A stretch of DNA of 64,000 bases from the NCBI GenBank assembly GCA_052426225.1, contig JBNJNM010000011.1, positions 4,960,001 to 5,024,000 of the forward strand, in the 5' to 3' direction. The position numbers and the translations under genes are program-made. This DNA comes from Zancudomyces culisetae HAW-14-8. Its lineage: Eukaryota > Fungi > Kickxellomycota. The notes below the pieces were generated by a model that saw only the letters and a program-made list of their open reading frames with translations, did no database searches and was not told the origin of the DNA. This document shows, piece after piece, positions 1 through 14,097 of this stretch; the first letter of the stretch is position 1, and the number at the start of each line of letters is the position of its first letter.

Positions 1-2254
1 ACGCCGTGTTTTCGTTTTTCTTTTCCTTTTAGCTTTTTCTTTTCCATTTCTCTTTGTATTTCGCAGTGTTATCTCCTTTGTTGATGCTGTTGCATTTAAC
101 TCAAATCGCAGTTTCGAGCAAGTCCAGTGCATTTCCTCCACTTGCTCTCACCTCTCCTGTTTATTCCGGATAGTAATTTACTTTTGCCCAATCTAGACAA
201 AGAAAAAAAACGACAGATTTTTCATTGTGCCCTCTTTTGCCAGGTTTTTTCGGTCAATTCATCAATTTTTCAATACTGGAAACATGAGTACGTGCCAATT
301 TATTAGCCTATCTCACTGTACCTTTGTTGATTCTCCTTGTTTTTTCCATCCAATACTGTGAATGCCTTTTTTGATAATTCCGCATCTATTCGTTCAAATT
401 TGTAAAACTCACAAGTGCTACTCTAAATTTTTCATCATTTGCTAATTAATTTTACCACATAAACGATTACTCCTTATGTCCTGCTTTTTTTTCCCCAAGT
501 TTCATGTTGAATTAAAATTCCACCAAATTAAAAAGTGTCCTCAAAGCCCCATGAACGTTTATCCTAATTTGCTTATTAATCGCCGCATTTTTTTCCCACT
601 CTACGCATGCTTTGTTTGCTTGGTATTAGTATTTTTTTAGTAAAAGATAAATAATAGTAAATGGCATGTATTTCCCAACGAGAACACCAACAACGACTCA
701 CGGCATAAAAGTTACAATAGGTGATAACGTGAGGAAAAAACGTGCAAACAATCTTTTCGAGTCTTCCCGCTTCCCTCTCTTTGTGTATTCAGCTCTGCGC
801 TTATTCAAAAACCGAACAAAATTTCACAAAAGGGACAAAGACCAAACAGCAAGTGCAGCATGTGGTATAAAAAAGGGGTAGGTGATAGCACAGGCACAAA
901 ACACCATCTCTCATCCTCTGTTTCTCGCCTTCCCCTCCCACCCCCAAAAAAAATATTGTTATGGAAAAAATTGAAGACTGAGATCGTTCAAATTGCTAAT
1001 TTTAGCACATTTTTTCAAACACAATGTTGTTTATCTTGGCATTACATATACCCTAAAATATAATACTAATGATTTTTTTTTCCAACGTAATCAATCGTTA
1101 TCGTGGCTGCATCAGGTTGGGTTTATGGTTTCAACCTGACATGCACATAGCATATCATCTTGAATAAATACATGGATATCAACTACACAACCCCTTTCTC
1201 TTGCGGGGCTATACCGTAAGGACAGACAATCAAAAATACTTTTTGCTTGAACCATAAGAACTAAAGCATTTTGAATACAAATGGGACATATGTTGTGAGT
1301 TCTTGAGCGATTTATGTGTTTATGAGCTAAAGAGAACATGCAGACATGGTTTGATGTTCCTTTTTTCCCTTTTTTTGTCACAAATGGAAATAGTCTTTGG
1401 AAGTTTTAGGTTTTCCAACACATTTGCTATATTCTCGTTATTTAGGAATTACAGTTAAAAGAAAAGATACTGAAGAACAGTAATTACGTTTATAATACCG
1501 CTCTATGGTAGGCTGGCCTATCAGATAAATATTGTAAGACGCATTTAAGTACTCTTATACAGTGTTTGTATTTGTTTTGGATAATGCACTTGTGCAGATA
1601 TGCATGTAAAGTAACATTTAACGTAATCTGTACCATTTTATGGAAATATTAAACTTAATATACAGCTTTGTTTCACACAACCAATTGTGGTATATAAGTA
1701 TATACGTAATTATGTACATGGTGTACAATATGATTCTTTACACGCACTGGTAATCTCGCTCTGTGAGTAGTTAATTTTAAGTTGCTCCATATATCCCTCT
1801 ATTTTTGGATAACACGACCCTGCTTTCATTTTATCTCTTGCCATATCTACACTCAATTTGCTTACGGAAAATATCGAAACGAATTCCGAGGATTACATGG
1901 GGGAGAAATAGGAATTTTACCAATACGCCCAAACTGGTAATCTAAAAAAAAATTTTTAATGGAACTAGCATCCAATGACGATTTGTAAATCTCTCATTCG
2001 AGAATAGTATACTCATCACATAATAAATTCCGGATATGTTCCTAAAATAAAATTAGGGAAAATAGTCAGCAGGGACTAGACTTCTTTGTTCCCTAACATA
2101 TTCAAAGGAAAAATTCTAATTGAGCACATTTATACCTACCAAAAGTAACACCCACATCTTGGAAAGGGCACGATTTTACAACGCGAGTCAGGGAATAGAG
2201 GAGCCTACTGGTATAGTATGAAATTTAATCACATTGGTTAAAAGCACATACAAG

Positions 2255-3665
2255 ATGGTTGAATTTTTGACATTTGTGGCACATTTGGTGTGGTTTGTGA
2301 CACTACAACTATACCTAGTAGTAAGTTATGTAAATAGCACGGTGCAGGATTTATATCAGCTAACAATAGCATGGTGGGATTTCCTATTTGTGCCAGAACT
2401 AAAAAGGCGGATCAATTTTAAAAAGACATTGGCTCAAAAGCTTGCTGGGAAACAAGAAAAGGAACTAAATACTTTTGACGGCTTAGTTGAGATCAAAAAG
2501 TTACCACAGCATTTGGCCGTAGTACTACCAACAGATTTTGAGAGTTTTTTTAAAATCAAGCCGATTCCATTTCATCTGGCCTCGGTCGATTATCTATTGA
2601 AAAAGCAAAGGCTTTTGCTTACGATCCAAAATCTCACATACTGGAGTTTGATGTTTAATATAAAGCAGCTGTCTATCTATTCAAAGAACAGTAAGTGTAT
2701 CTGTATTTATCTTTAAGATACTTTATTTATCCCAACTGGTATTGAAAATTTCGATGATGCTTCAATACCCAACTGTATTGGAACTGGAATTATTATATCA
2801 GTTGTATGGTAGGAGCTAAGACGTAGAATATCTTATCATATCTAAAATACACTTTTGATGAAAAAAGACCATAACCACAGTTTAAATGACATAGATAATT
2901 TCAAAAAGTTTATAAAAGATATCGTTGAATGTTTGGCAGACTCAAAAATCCTCAACAAATTTGCACAACGACCCATTGACATTGTTATTTCCTGTGATCA
3001 GTACATTTATAAGCTACACTCACACGGAGGCTTTTCTTGCGATTCGAGGAGCAATCTTTCAAAAGTTAGCTGTGATATTCACATCAACATAATCTCAAAG
3101 GAGGATGGCTTTTCGAAACTAGTTCAACTGACAAAGGATTTGAGCTACTTGACTGGTCGGAACGAAATTAAAAAAGAGCAAATAAACTCCAAATTTATTG
3201 TGAATAGGCTTAAAGGTACAATTTCCTATTATTTTACTATTTAACGAAAAGGCCAAATACGATCATAGTGTCGGAACCAACCTTAAAATTACATTAAAAT
3301 CTATTTTTTAGATGAGTTTCTATCATCGGATCCCCAAGTTCTTTTAGTCTTTGGAAAGAATCTGGTTGTAAATGAATTTCCATGCTGGAAGCTTCGTCAA
3401 TCTGAGATATAGTAAGTACGAAGTATGGATTGCTTTTTCAGAGCAATGTCCACCACCCACATTTCTCCTTTATTTTTATTATGATGTTTATTTTTTTTAT
3501 TTGTACAAATTCTCAAGAGTCTACCCATGCTTGTACACTTTATACTGACCATCTTTGTTTCTGTACTACTACATTAGCTTGACAAATAGCAATGTTGCTT
3601 CGTACATCGGCTTCGCCCGTGTAATGCATAGATACTCCACTAGTACACAGCGCTTAGGAAAATGA
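2255..3665 (+). CDS. NUS1: Dehydrodolichyl diphosphate synthase accessory subunit (Nus1/NgBR), 4 exons
   Basis: Exons 2255-2690, 2881-3215, 3312-3411, 3578-3665 with GT-AG introns splice in frame. N-terminal hydrophobic segment, KLPQHLAVV, DPQVLLVFG...FPCWKLRQSEIY (Nus1 PDLL..GYPPW..RLTEI motif) and C-terminal QRLGK (RxG motif). Confidence 0.88.
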
Positions 3666-4103
3666 TACGCATGTTTACTGTACGGTTTATGTTTTGTTAC
3701 TTAACGCCCCCTTATCGCAGTAAAATAGCGTTATTTGCGAGGGGAATAACTATTGTAAAATTGCAATTTTTTGTCTATCATTTACTTTACAAATAATTTT
3801 ACTTTGCATGTCCCATATCATTGGGGTTAGCCAAAGTGAACATGATTAGGTTTTTTTTATACATCCTGTGTTATCAGTAATGCAAACGCACATTTATATA
3901 ATGGGGAGTTTCACTCTACCCAGCACTTTAAACTACTTTGGCTCCACTACAACCTACATTCTTTGTTAACATCTCGACTTTGTTGATATAAATTTATCTT
4001 GAACCTTGTTTCTTTTAGCAGTTTATTTTAGATAAAGCCGCTCTACATTTAACAGTCACAAACTAATAGAGGAAAATACTACTATAAAAAATAAATATAC
4101 AAA

Positions 4104-6740
4104 CTAAATATTTTGCCGGGGTTTGAATTTTGCTGCTATCTCCTTCAGATCAATGGTAATTTCTGCCACTGCTCTTGGGTTTCTTTTTATTTTTTTTGTT
4201 ATCTGCGCATTGTTTATGGTTCCGGTGACAGGGAATACATTTATTTCGATTGGACCTACAGATCGGGGCGCTATTCGTATATCTTCCGATGTAAAGTTTG
4301 TCACAAGATTGCTTTTCTCATTAACCGAGCTATTTGCCTCGAGCTGACGCCCAAAAACAATCTTTTGTGCGTCAGCAACCTCATTTCTTTCAGCACTTAA
4401 AGAATTAACTCTGATCACTGCGCTGGAATACAGATCTTGTTGCGATAAAGTTGCCCCAAGTGCGGGTAAATCAGTTGTAGAGATTCTTTTATGTAAGACC
4501 GTGGATTTCATTCGAGTTCCAATCCTGATGATGCCGTTCTTAACTCTGGTACCTAGATGGTATTTGAGAAATGCAATGACTTTAAAAGCGAGTAGTTTAA
4601 CTACTGATGCAAAAGCACGTGATACTGATATTATCTTGCTTTTTAGTACACCCAAAACATTATAGATATTTCTGGTGGGTCTTTTGATGAGAATAAAGTA
4701 TGTCTTGATTTTTTCCTTCTTGTTTTGTATGAATTCTTTATATCTTTTTCCAAAGCTGTTCACCTCTATGGTTTCAAAGATATCGGTCCCTTGCATACCT
4801 CTATCGATGACAAAACTTTTATCAAGTGCTATACATTCCAAAATGGTAACCATGTTCTTAAATACTTTTTGTTTACAAATAGGACAGCAGCATCTATCAG
4901 TGTCACTTTGCATCTGCTGGATGATCCATGGATCAATACAGTTTTGATGAAAAGCATGACCACAGGGTAATAGCCTCGATAAATTACCAAAATCATCCTT
5001 AGGTGGTGCAACAAAGCTTTCCAAGCATATCGAACATGTTTTGTCATCAATAAAAGAGTATGAGGTACATTTTCTTGTTAGTCCAATTATTTTTTTAGTG
5101 ACTTGCCGCAACAGCCTATTGTAAGGATCACTTAATTTTGCTACATAAGTATTGCAATTATCAAAAAAGCAAAATTCAGCGGTTTCGTCATCGCTTTTAT
5201 CTTCATCTTCCTTTTCCTCCTCCTTCTTCGTCTTCATCTTCTCTTTCAAAGTTTTTTTGTTCTCTAAGCCATTTTTTTTATTGTTGGCCTTACTTATAAT
5301 AACCTTGTCGTTTTTATCCAAAACCTTCAAGGTTGTGACTAGCACTGGAGTCTTTATACTAATTACATCGATTGGCTGTATCTCAATACTGGTAGCGTTG
5401 CAATCCACTACGTTTACTGATGGTTCCTCAAAATTGGGTTTTTCTACTTTGTACTTTTCGCATCTATAGAATTCTATCAAGGGCAATAGCTCCAAAATTT
5501 TGTTGTTAGCCCTCAGTAAGTTATAAACACGATTCCTTTCATCAATCTCTCCACGGGTTTCGTTTTGTATCTCACCTGAAGTACTTGTTGTCCCAAATAC
5601 GTATATCCCAGTTTCGCTAGTATTTCCACTAACTCTTATAATAAAGTGTGCGAGCAACCATAAGAGTATATAGATAGACAATATAATTGCAAATGTAAAT
5701 ATAATACCAATCTCCATATATATTTCTGGTGGTCCAGCAGAAAGTCCATCGGGGTTAGATTTAAGTGGCTTGTCAGCATATTCCCCCACGTTTTCCATTT
5801 TTACTCTACCAAAACGACTACCGCTGGGGTGCCTGAAGTTTCTTTTGAATATTTTCTTTTCCGAGTTTAGGAATTTAAGCATGCCTGCACGTCTGGGGTT
5901 GTTTTCATAATGTGCGAATTTGGTATCAAAGCCAGTTCTTTCTCGTGATGGGGTAATGAAATTTAACTCATGAGTTGCAAACTTGTTCTTCTTACTCTTA
6001 TAACGATCGTGGATTTTTTGGAAGGATTGAGTGGATACCAAAATCAATGGAACTGGGAATGAAGAAACGAAATGAGTTTCAGGTTTAGTTCTTCCTAAAC
6101 TAAACGGATTACTACTGCCATTTATGGTATACTTGGAAAGAACCTTCTGCTTGCAGATTGTGTAGGAATATGCCGAGTTTTTTCCTTGAGTGTTGCTCTT
6201 TAATACATTGTGAATATCTTGAATAATCACACCTTTGAACCCAGCGTTTTTTGAATTTCTTAGTTTTAGTTCTATAGAACATGAATTATCACAATCAAGA
6301 ATGACCAGTAAAGGAGAATTATTTATATCATCACTAGGCACGTTTTTCCTCAATAACTTCAGTTTTTCGGAATTGCAACCAGTTCCTCCGTAGGCTACAC
6401 TGCCCTAATCGTATAGTTTATACTTTATGTGGTTTTGTATTTCAAATAATAAACCAGCTACATCTCAATATGCTCAAAGCTGGTAGATATCTAGTTATTT
6501 TATAAATGTTTTAGAACCTGTCTTTACCTTTGACATTTTGAAATGAGAATGTGTTCTCTTGTCTCCAAAAACTATGTAGTCATACCCATCCACATCCAAG
6601 GGTCTTTTTGCAGATTTATACTCGCCATTTGTGTCATTCCTAAGTATAGTTTCACTTATCGGTATCCTTCTAGAACTAACGCTCTGTAACATAAACATCA
6701 CTACAGAAAGCGTGATAACAAGTGTACGCCATAGAGCCAT
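4104..6740 (-). CDS. Signal peptide-PA-TM-RING-H2 E3 ubiquitin ligase (RNF13/goliath-like architecture), 2 exons
   Basis: Exons 6740-6528 and 6404-4104 join in frame. Signal peptide MALWRTLVITLSVVMFMLQSVSS, PA-like CSIELKLRNSKNAGFKGVII, one TM helix (IGIIFTFAIILSIYILLWLLAHFII), RING-H2 CSIC...PCGHAFHQNCIDPW...CPIC. Confidence 0.82.
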
Positions 6741-7872
6741 CTTCTTGTTGAATAGCTGCTCCCCTTTCGTATAATTATTGATAGCATTCATTCGATAGGA
6801 TATCTTGGTATTTACACTTCAGTTATTTTAATGTTCAATGTTTTTTTTTTTTGAGGTATTGCTATGTGGGATTGATTGTTACTTTACGGTGTGGTGTGAA
6901 ACATTCATATGCTGGAAGTGTTTTTACTGCTATATGCCTCCAAGTTTACTGACGTGCGTTGATGTTTTTTCTGCGAATCACTTTATCGATGGTTAAATAT
7001 TGGGCGTGATCGTATAGATGTATATATATATGTGTGTGTGGTTCCCTATTTTGTTTTTTGTTTGCTTAGGAGTATGAGATGACTCCCCTTTGAAATGTTT
7101 ACAGTTACGTGTCAAAATGTATTATTGGTGTGTATATGTAGTTAAAATGTTGCTACATTTAAGAATAAAATGATAGTAAAGGAACAAATATAATATCTAT
7201 GGTTATGCTAATATATTTCTTTATGAAATGGTTACTGTAGAGTACGTGTTTACAAATATAATACATAAAGTATGCTTTATTTTCAGACAGAGACATTTTC
7301 TCATAAAACAAGCACAACGTACACTGATAAGCTTGTGTGATACTATGGAACACCTTTCAGGGTATAAAGTACTGTATATAGTTCCACCAATATTTCTTTC
7401 TTTTCTTTTTTGTTTTTTGCATATTTACAGGGCCTAAATAGTCATTAGTCCTGCTTCCATCAGCAACTCTTTAGGAATTAAGTCGCTTCCTGTTAGCGTT
7501 CAGCATTGCCCTATCAAAATAGGCAAAACTCCATGAAAATCCTGGATATATCCAAAAGCCACCAACATTATTTGTCAGTGGTTTGCTCCTATTTGATTTC
7601 GGTATGTTATTGAATCCAGTCCCACCTCCAAAAAAAAATTCGTTTTTGCGAAAATTGGAGGCGCAAAAGCTACGAACCTTTGGCGCATGAAAACTCTGTT
7701 CTCTAATCTAATACATTCAAAATGAGGACTCAAACTCGCATACTCGACAGCAGAAATCATTGATGCCGTTGATGTGCGGGCTGGATATATACAAATGAGA
7801 AAACTGTGGCAATTATCCAATAAAAACTAAGTAAAATAAAGTGGATGTGAAAAACATCCATTAAATACAACA

Positions 7873-9199
7873 CTATCTTTTCGTTTTGATAGATATGCCT
7901 GAGCTCAGCTTATTATACCCAGAGTTGGAAAAATGAGGTTTTCGACTTGGATTATAGTTGGACGAGCCGCGAGTGTTGTAGCCATGGTGGGAATGGCTGA
8001 TTGGAGGCTTTCTATTGTCACTGTGTCTATTATGTCTTGGTGTCTGGGGTCGGTGATCTGAAAAATTCCTAGAGTTATAGTCATTTTTATGTGTAGGTTT
8101 TCTAGATGAATAGCTGAGTGTATCGGTAGTTCGGGTCCCAAACGCGGTGTCATCTTCATACGTTACCCAACTGGCATACTTATGGTTACACTCATCTCCA
8201 AAATGTTTGTAGCTCCCACAGTTGTAGCAGCTTTTTCTTACCCATGCCTAAAAAATTATATATACAAAATGTTGAAGTAAAAAAAAATCAAAAGTACAAC
8301 ACGTTGTGGGAAAAAGATCACACTAATAATAAAAACAGTCTTACATTATCCGGTTTATCAGAATATACATATTGTCGCCAGATTGTAGGGCACTCTGTAG
8401 AGTGGTGAAAATTTGATCTACACTTTTTACATGGTTCTGGCCCATACCGATCCCTAGGTAGAGGACAATTCATGGTCATGTGTCCTCTTTTGTTACAGTT
8501 ATGACATATCATTGTTTTTATGTTACAGCCTCTTGAGTCATGCCCGGTTTTACCACACATAATACACTTTTGTTCGGGACAATCCTTCGCAATATGCCCC
8601 ACTTTGTTGCATATTCTACATTCCTTCTCCTTCTTTTCAAGATAATACCTTCCCGGATTCCCAAAATCCATCTCTTCCAAGTAAGAATATCCTGAATCGC
8701 TGCTTGTGTCTGAATCTGCTTCCGAAGCTGTACCTTCTTGATTTTCTTGTAGATCTATGGTCTTTTCAAGGTAATTTGTTTGCTGAGTATTTTCCTTTTG
8801 TTGTGATTGATGTTCGTCTTTTGCCATCTCTGTATTTTTCGGTTGTGTTTTTTCACTTATCTTTGGCTCCTCATCCTTTCGCTGCTCCGTAATTTCCTTG
8901 TTCTCCATTTTCATCTTTTTGGCTTTTTTATCGATTATGTGATATTTGGAGATGATTTCTCCAGAAACAATCTCAGAATTACGATTCTCCTCCTCTGAAT
9001 CTTCCAGTTCTGGAGATTTATTCATTTCCATTTCTATTTTCGCCTCAACTTGGTTTATTTCTTTTCTTTTGCCTAAGCTTGAGGCATCTTGGTATGATAA
9101 TATGCTTAGTATTCTATCTTCTTCGTCACTGTCGAACTCTCGATCGTCCAATTCTTCTTGATTGTATATCAAATCGTCATATTCTGTAACTTGATCCAT
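7873..9199 (-). CDS. AIR2: Air1/Air2-like CCHC zinc-knuckle protein (TRAMP subunit), 2 exons
   Basis: Exons 9199-8345 and 8247-7873. GRYY motif, four CX2CX4HX4C knuckles, IWRQY (Air IWRxY motif), fifth knuckle CYNCGSYKHFGDEC in exon 2. AIR1 versus AIR2 cannot be resolved. Confidence 0.88.
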
Positions 9200-12100
9200 C
9201 TTTCAGAAACTATACGCTTTTACTTTTTGTTTGGTATTAACACTAGCATCACAGCTTTAACCGCGCTACTACCTTTCCTCAGCTCTGGTGTTTTTACAGG
9301 AAAATATATTATTGTTAAAAATTAAAAGCTAAAAATTAAAAATTAAAAATTAAAAAATTTTTTTTGCACCACTGGAGAACAAATATAAAACCGATTTTAT
9401 ACAAATCAGGCTATGTTTGGAGCCATTTGGGCTGTTTTTCGCGATGTGGTGCTTTTTATACTATAAAAAACTAAAAAAAAAGTATTATGTTTTAAAACAC
9501 AGTGCAAGACAGATAATTTAAGGTAGAGTTTGATGTATACCTACAAAAGCACCTCAAAATGTACAATAGTTGAAATAGCAGATCGAAAAAAGCGCATCAA
9601 GATAATGAGCGCCACATAATCAAAGCCAGAGCCAATACCGAAAAAAATAAAACAGAGTATGGATTTTAAATTCTGACTCCGAGGCAACAATAGAATACTG
9701 TGGATAAAGATAGCACATCTCTGCTGGTTTACATTTCCGTATCGCTGATACTAGGTTTGTGTTCCCACTATTTATAGCAGGAGCTTCACAAATCACAAAC
9801 AATAATATTAAAGTACACTATTGACTTTGACTGCGATTAATGTATGCGAAGTTTGTCATAGAATCCGTAAACGTTATTGGTACTTGAAAACGATTATAAA
9901 TATTTTCAGAGATGAGTTTGTACAGACCAAATGTTGGGAAGATTAAACCAGTATCAGTTACCAATATTTAATGGGTGTAAATATTTAGAGTATGAGTTGG
10001 GACGGTTCAAATAAAATCGTGGGTGTTGGTGTTGATGCTTAAAACCACATCTACATTTTTTTTAGAGCGTGTATTGTTGTATATCAAACATATACCGACC
10101 AAATGATGTAATGGGTAGGTAGTTTAGCCGTTTGGACAGATCTTTGGGCTCAGTGTATATGTTTATTGTGTATATTATTGCCTTGGTAGATAAAAACGGA
10201 CCTCTAAAAGATATTAACATTGACATAATTCATGATCTATTTGCTTTGATTAAATGTTCCACACTAATCTAGCATGGTTCAACAACTTGCTCAGTTCAGT
10301 AGCAAAATAAACAAAGCACTACTGGCCGAGGTTTTTAAAATTGAACCTGTTATTGAACACCAATGCATTTAATTGTTGGTGACCGTTTTTTTGCCATATC
10401 AGCTAATTTACAGTTAATACTAGATAATAACTCTGAAATTATATTCTAGTGGTTATTATGGGAAAAGAAAAGCGAATAGAAAATGTGAATAACCTACCTT
10501 TAAAAATGCAACCTTCCTTCTAGAGCCAGAATATACCTCTGTGGGTGTTTTGATAATTGAGGTATCTACCCCGCTCGACTCCACATCCCTTATCTTTTGT
10601 CGTTGTGTCTAGTAGTTGGTATTACCAAGCATATAAAAAATATCAGATACATTAATTCATGGAACCTCCCGAGCAATTTACCAACAAAAGAACAGGAAAA
10701 AGAAAAGTAGACTTTAGATGAGTTGGGGATCCACAAGATCACCTGTGGTTATTGCTGTTACAATATAAGTCCCGGGTAGAGTAAACGGAACTTTAAGCTT
10801 GTCAATATTTCCGGCTTTAATTAGCGTTAGAAAGTGGTGTAACCCTTGTGCTTCATAAAATTAAAATAAAAAGAAACAGAGATTTGTAAACTACAAACAA
10901 TTTTTTACTCCATATAGTCATATTTGATTTATTGTTGATAATGGGTTAACTTTACGAATTTTGAAAAGCTAGTATCGCTTTGCCACTATAAAGTAAATAA
11001 TAGATGCGTAAGGCTGTGGAATCAATAAGCGAGAATTAAAAGATGGTATAGCAACAAAGCACTTGAAAATATAAAAGTTAATAGTCCATTTTATTTTTTT
11101 TCGTTCAATTAAAAATTAAAGAGCCGTTTACACACAAGAAATGTGGAAAAGCGGCAATAGCTTAGTTAAAATGTCCGAAAATAAAAGCAGGTAAAAGTGC
11201 CTTTTAAAGGTTGCAAAGCATCACAAAAACGCGTTTCTTGAAGCTGCATCGCGATATAAGCTGTATACGCAACTTTGATAGCTTTTGAGAAATGTTGAGG
11301 AGCTCTGGAATAATACTGTTGTTTATTGACTGTGTGTAAAGTTATTCTGAGACAAAGTTATCATTGGTATTAAATGAAGTATTTAGAATGAGATTTACTC
11401 AATATATAGCACCCAATAAAAAATATATTTAATTCTAAACAGTAATAGCGCAGACACATGAACTACTAAACAAAATCGATCCAAATACCAACTACAGATC
11501 GATTCTTATAAAAAGAATTTAATATATATAATGTGGTTAGATTACAGGTCTATAATTGATGAAGGGTGACTTTTGGGGGAGGTCGAGTAAATACTGAATA
11601 TATCGCTTATTGGTGTGTTGTCATCAATAAAATTTTTCATTAGTATTATTCAATGATATTTTTTGAAGATCCAACCATTGTATTAAAAATAAATAAAAAG
11701 CTCTGTTCAGCTTTCGCTCATGGAAATAGGAAATGATCTAAATTTCCATATGTGTAAATCAGGAAATGCTGACTCATTGCATTTGCATACAATAAAAGCT
11801 ATGTATTAATATACAAACATCTTTCGATGAAAGCAGGATTGATAGATTGGCTGGTTTTCCACAAATCGGTTCCTTCTTATTATTAGAACTGAAAAAACAA
11901 TATTAGAATGCCAAACTGATATCTTGATGCGAATACGTATATGTACAAGTCTTTTTGTAGAGGCTGACAATGAATCACAAAATGAATCGACCTTAACCAA
12001 TAGTGGTGATGAATATATTTGTTGTATTTTTTTAGGTCATTCGAGGGGAGGAGGGAGAGGTGACAGATCATCCATTTGAAAAAATTGGACACGTTTGCAT

Positions 12101-14060
12101 GATTAGTTAGTTAATACCCATATGAAAAGTTAGGCAATATGAATAGTAAAGGGGAGGAGGAGGGGGAAAGAAATGAAAAAAAAGAAAGTGACGTTGGAAA
12201 TAGGGAAATAATAATAATGTGAAAATAATAGAGCAAAGAAGGTAAATATGGGAGGGTATGATCAAAGAGAGAAAAAGAGAGACAGAGAAAGTGATAGCAT
12301 AAGACCGCAAATGACGGTTATACGAAAAGAAAATGATTAGGGAAAGGTGTAAAAAAAATAAAATAAGGGAGAGTATGTAGCGAATGAGTAAAAAGAAATA
12401 GGGGCGGTGGATGCGAAAGGATCATGGATTGGGAACAACAAGATGGTTATTCACCAGCATCTTTTTCTCAGTGTTAACACGAGATAACCGTGTCAGAGGA
12501 GGTAAGAGGTATGTGAAGAGGGAGTAGTTGGAAAATATTACCCAGGCTTTCTATCCTGTATGTGGGTTTTTGGAAATGTAAGGAAAAAGATATAAAATTG
12601 GCTGACATTTTTCTTGTACGCCAATTAGCTGGCTGTGGACGTACTTTTAGTAATACTGCTAGCATTATCATCATTATTATTTAATTTCTAATTTTTAACT
12701 TCTAATTTTTTAGGTTAATTTTTTAGTTTTCAGTTTTTAGTTTTCAGGGCCCAGTAGAGAATAAAAAATCCGAAGGGGTATCAAATAAGCATCAATAGTG
12801 CATTTTCCAAGAGAGAAAAAGAAAAAACATGTACAATCATTGATGACGTGTACCGTGATATTGGAATACGGAGGCTAGACCATTACTAATTTAAAAGTGT
12901 TACTTGTCTTTTACCAAGTCCTTTATTTGTTTATTTTGGTTAGTAATTAGGATGGGACTATTGAAACAAGTGGGAGCGTAAGCGTAAATGCACAGCTAGC
13001 GTCCGCAATTGTTGCGAGCGACGCCCAAGTCTTTGATATAATGGTTAGAAAAAAACCTATTCTTATGCTTGTAGATTAATGTACGCTTATAAAAAAAAAA
13101 TTCAAAAGATGTGATACGTGTAATGACACCAAAAAAAGTAGGGTTTAGGGAAACAGTTTTGTGTGAAAATGAATCAATAGGTACATTTTTTAATTGTGGT
13201 TGCTGATTCTTGTCTGTATCCTTAGTTTTAAGCTTTAGTAAACAAAACGGTAGGCTTGAATAGGAAAAAAAATATCATGGATATTTTTTGATTATCAGCG
13301 TGGCAAGCGGCTAAACCAAGTAAACAACCTTTTGGAAAAAAAATGAACTGGTCACGTTGAGTAGCTATAATAGAATAAAGAATAAGGAAAAATGAAGGAA
13401 ACAAAAAAAATGAATTAATAATAAAAAGGATATAATAAAACCACAGTAACGGTGAAATTTTTTTTATAAAAAAAAAACAGTGTAGATTCTTTGTAAATCT
13501 GGATAGTAACAGCACAATAACCAAAAAAAAATTTTGGTGGTATAAATACACAATTTGGAACTTTGAAAACCAGATTGACAGCTGAACTATAAAGCGTAAT
13601 TATTATTGTTATAAGTATAGACGTAATTATATTTATACAAACACCACCTATATACAGATAGTGGTCGTGCTATCAGGATTTAAAACGAGATAAATATTTT
13701 TTTTTGAGGACACACATATTCGACAACGTATTCGATCAATACAGCGATAAAGGGTCAAATAAATGTATAGATCATCATAGCTCGTATTGTGTGAATAGAA
13801 TTAGGGATAAAATAGTGGATAAGTGGCGTATTAAGAATAAACGACTTGATAAGTATCACATAGTAAAATACCTAAGGACCAATTTAGCGGGGAGGCGTGG
13901 AAAAATAAGAAAAGAAAAGAGTTAATCGAGTCATTATAATACGAGGACCGGTGTGTCAAGAAATAAACTATTATATTTTCAAAGCAACCGAAAAAAAGTT
14001 GGGGCATAGTACTGAACATATCTAAAAGCTGGCAGAGGTATGGTTAGCAACAAGTTTTGA

Positions 14061-14097
14061 TTATTATTATTACTATTATTATTATTATTATTATCAT
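14061..14097. repeat. (ATT)n microsatellite
   Basis: ttattattattactattattattattattattatcat seen directly. Confidence 0.8.
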
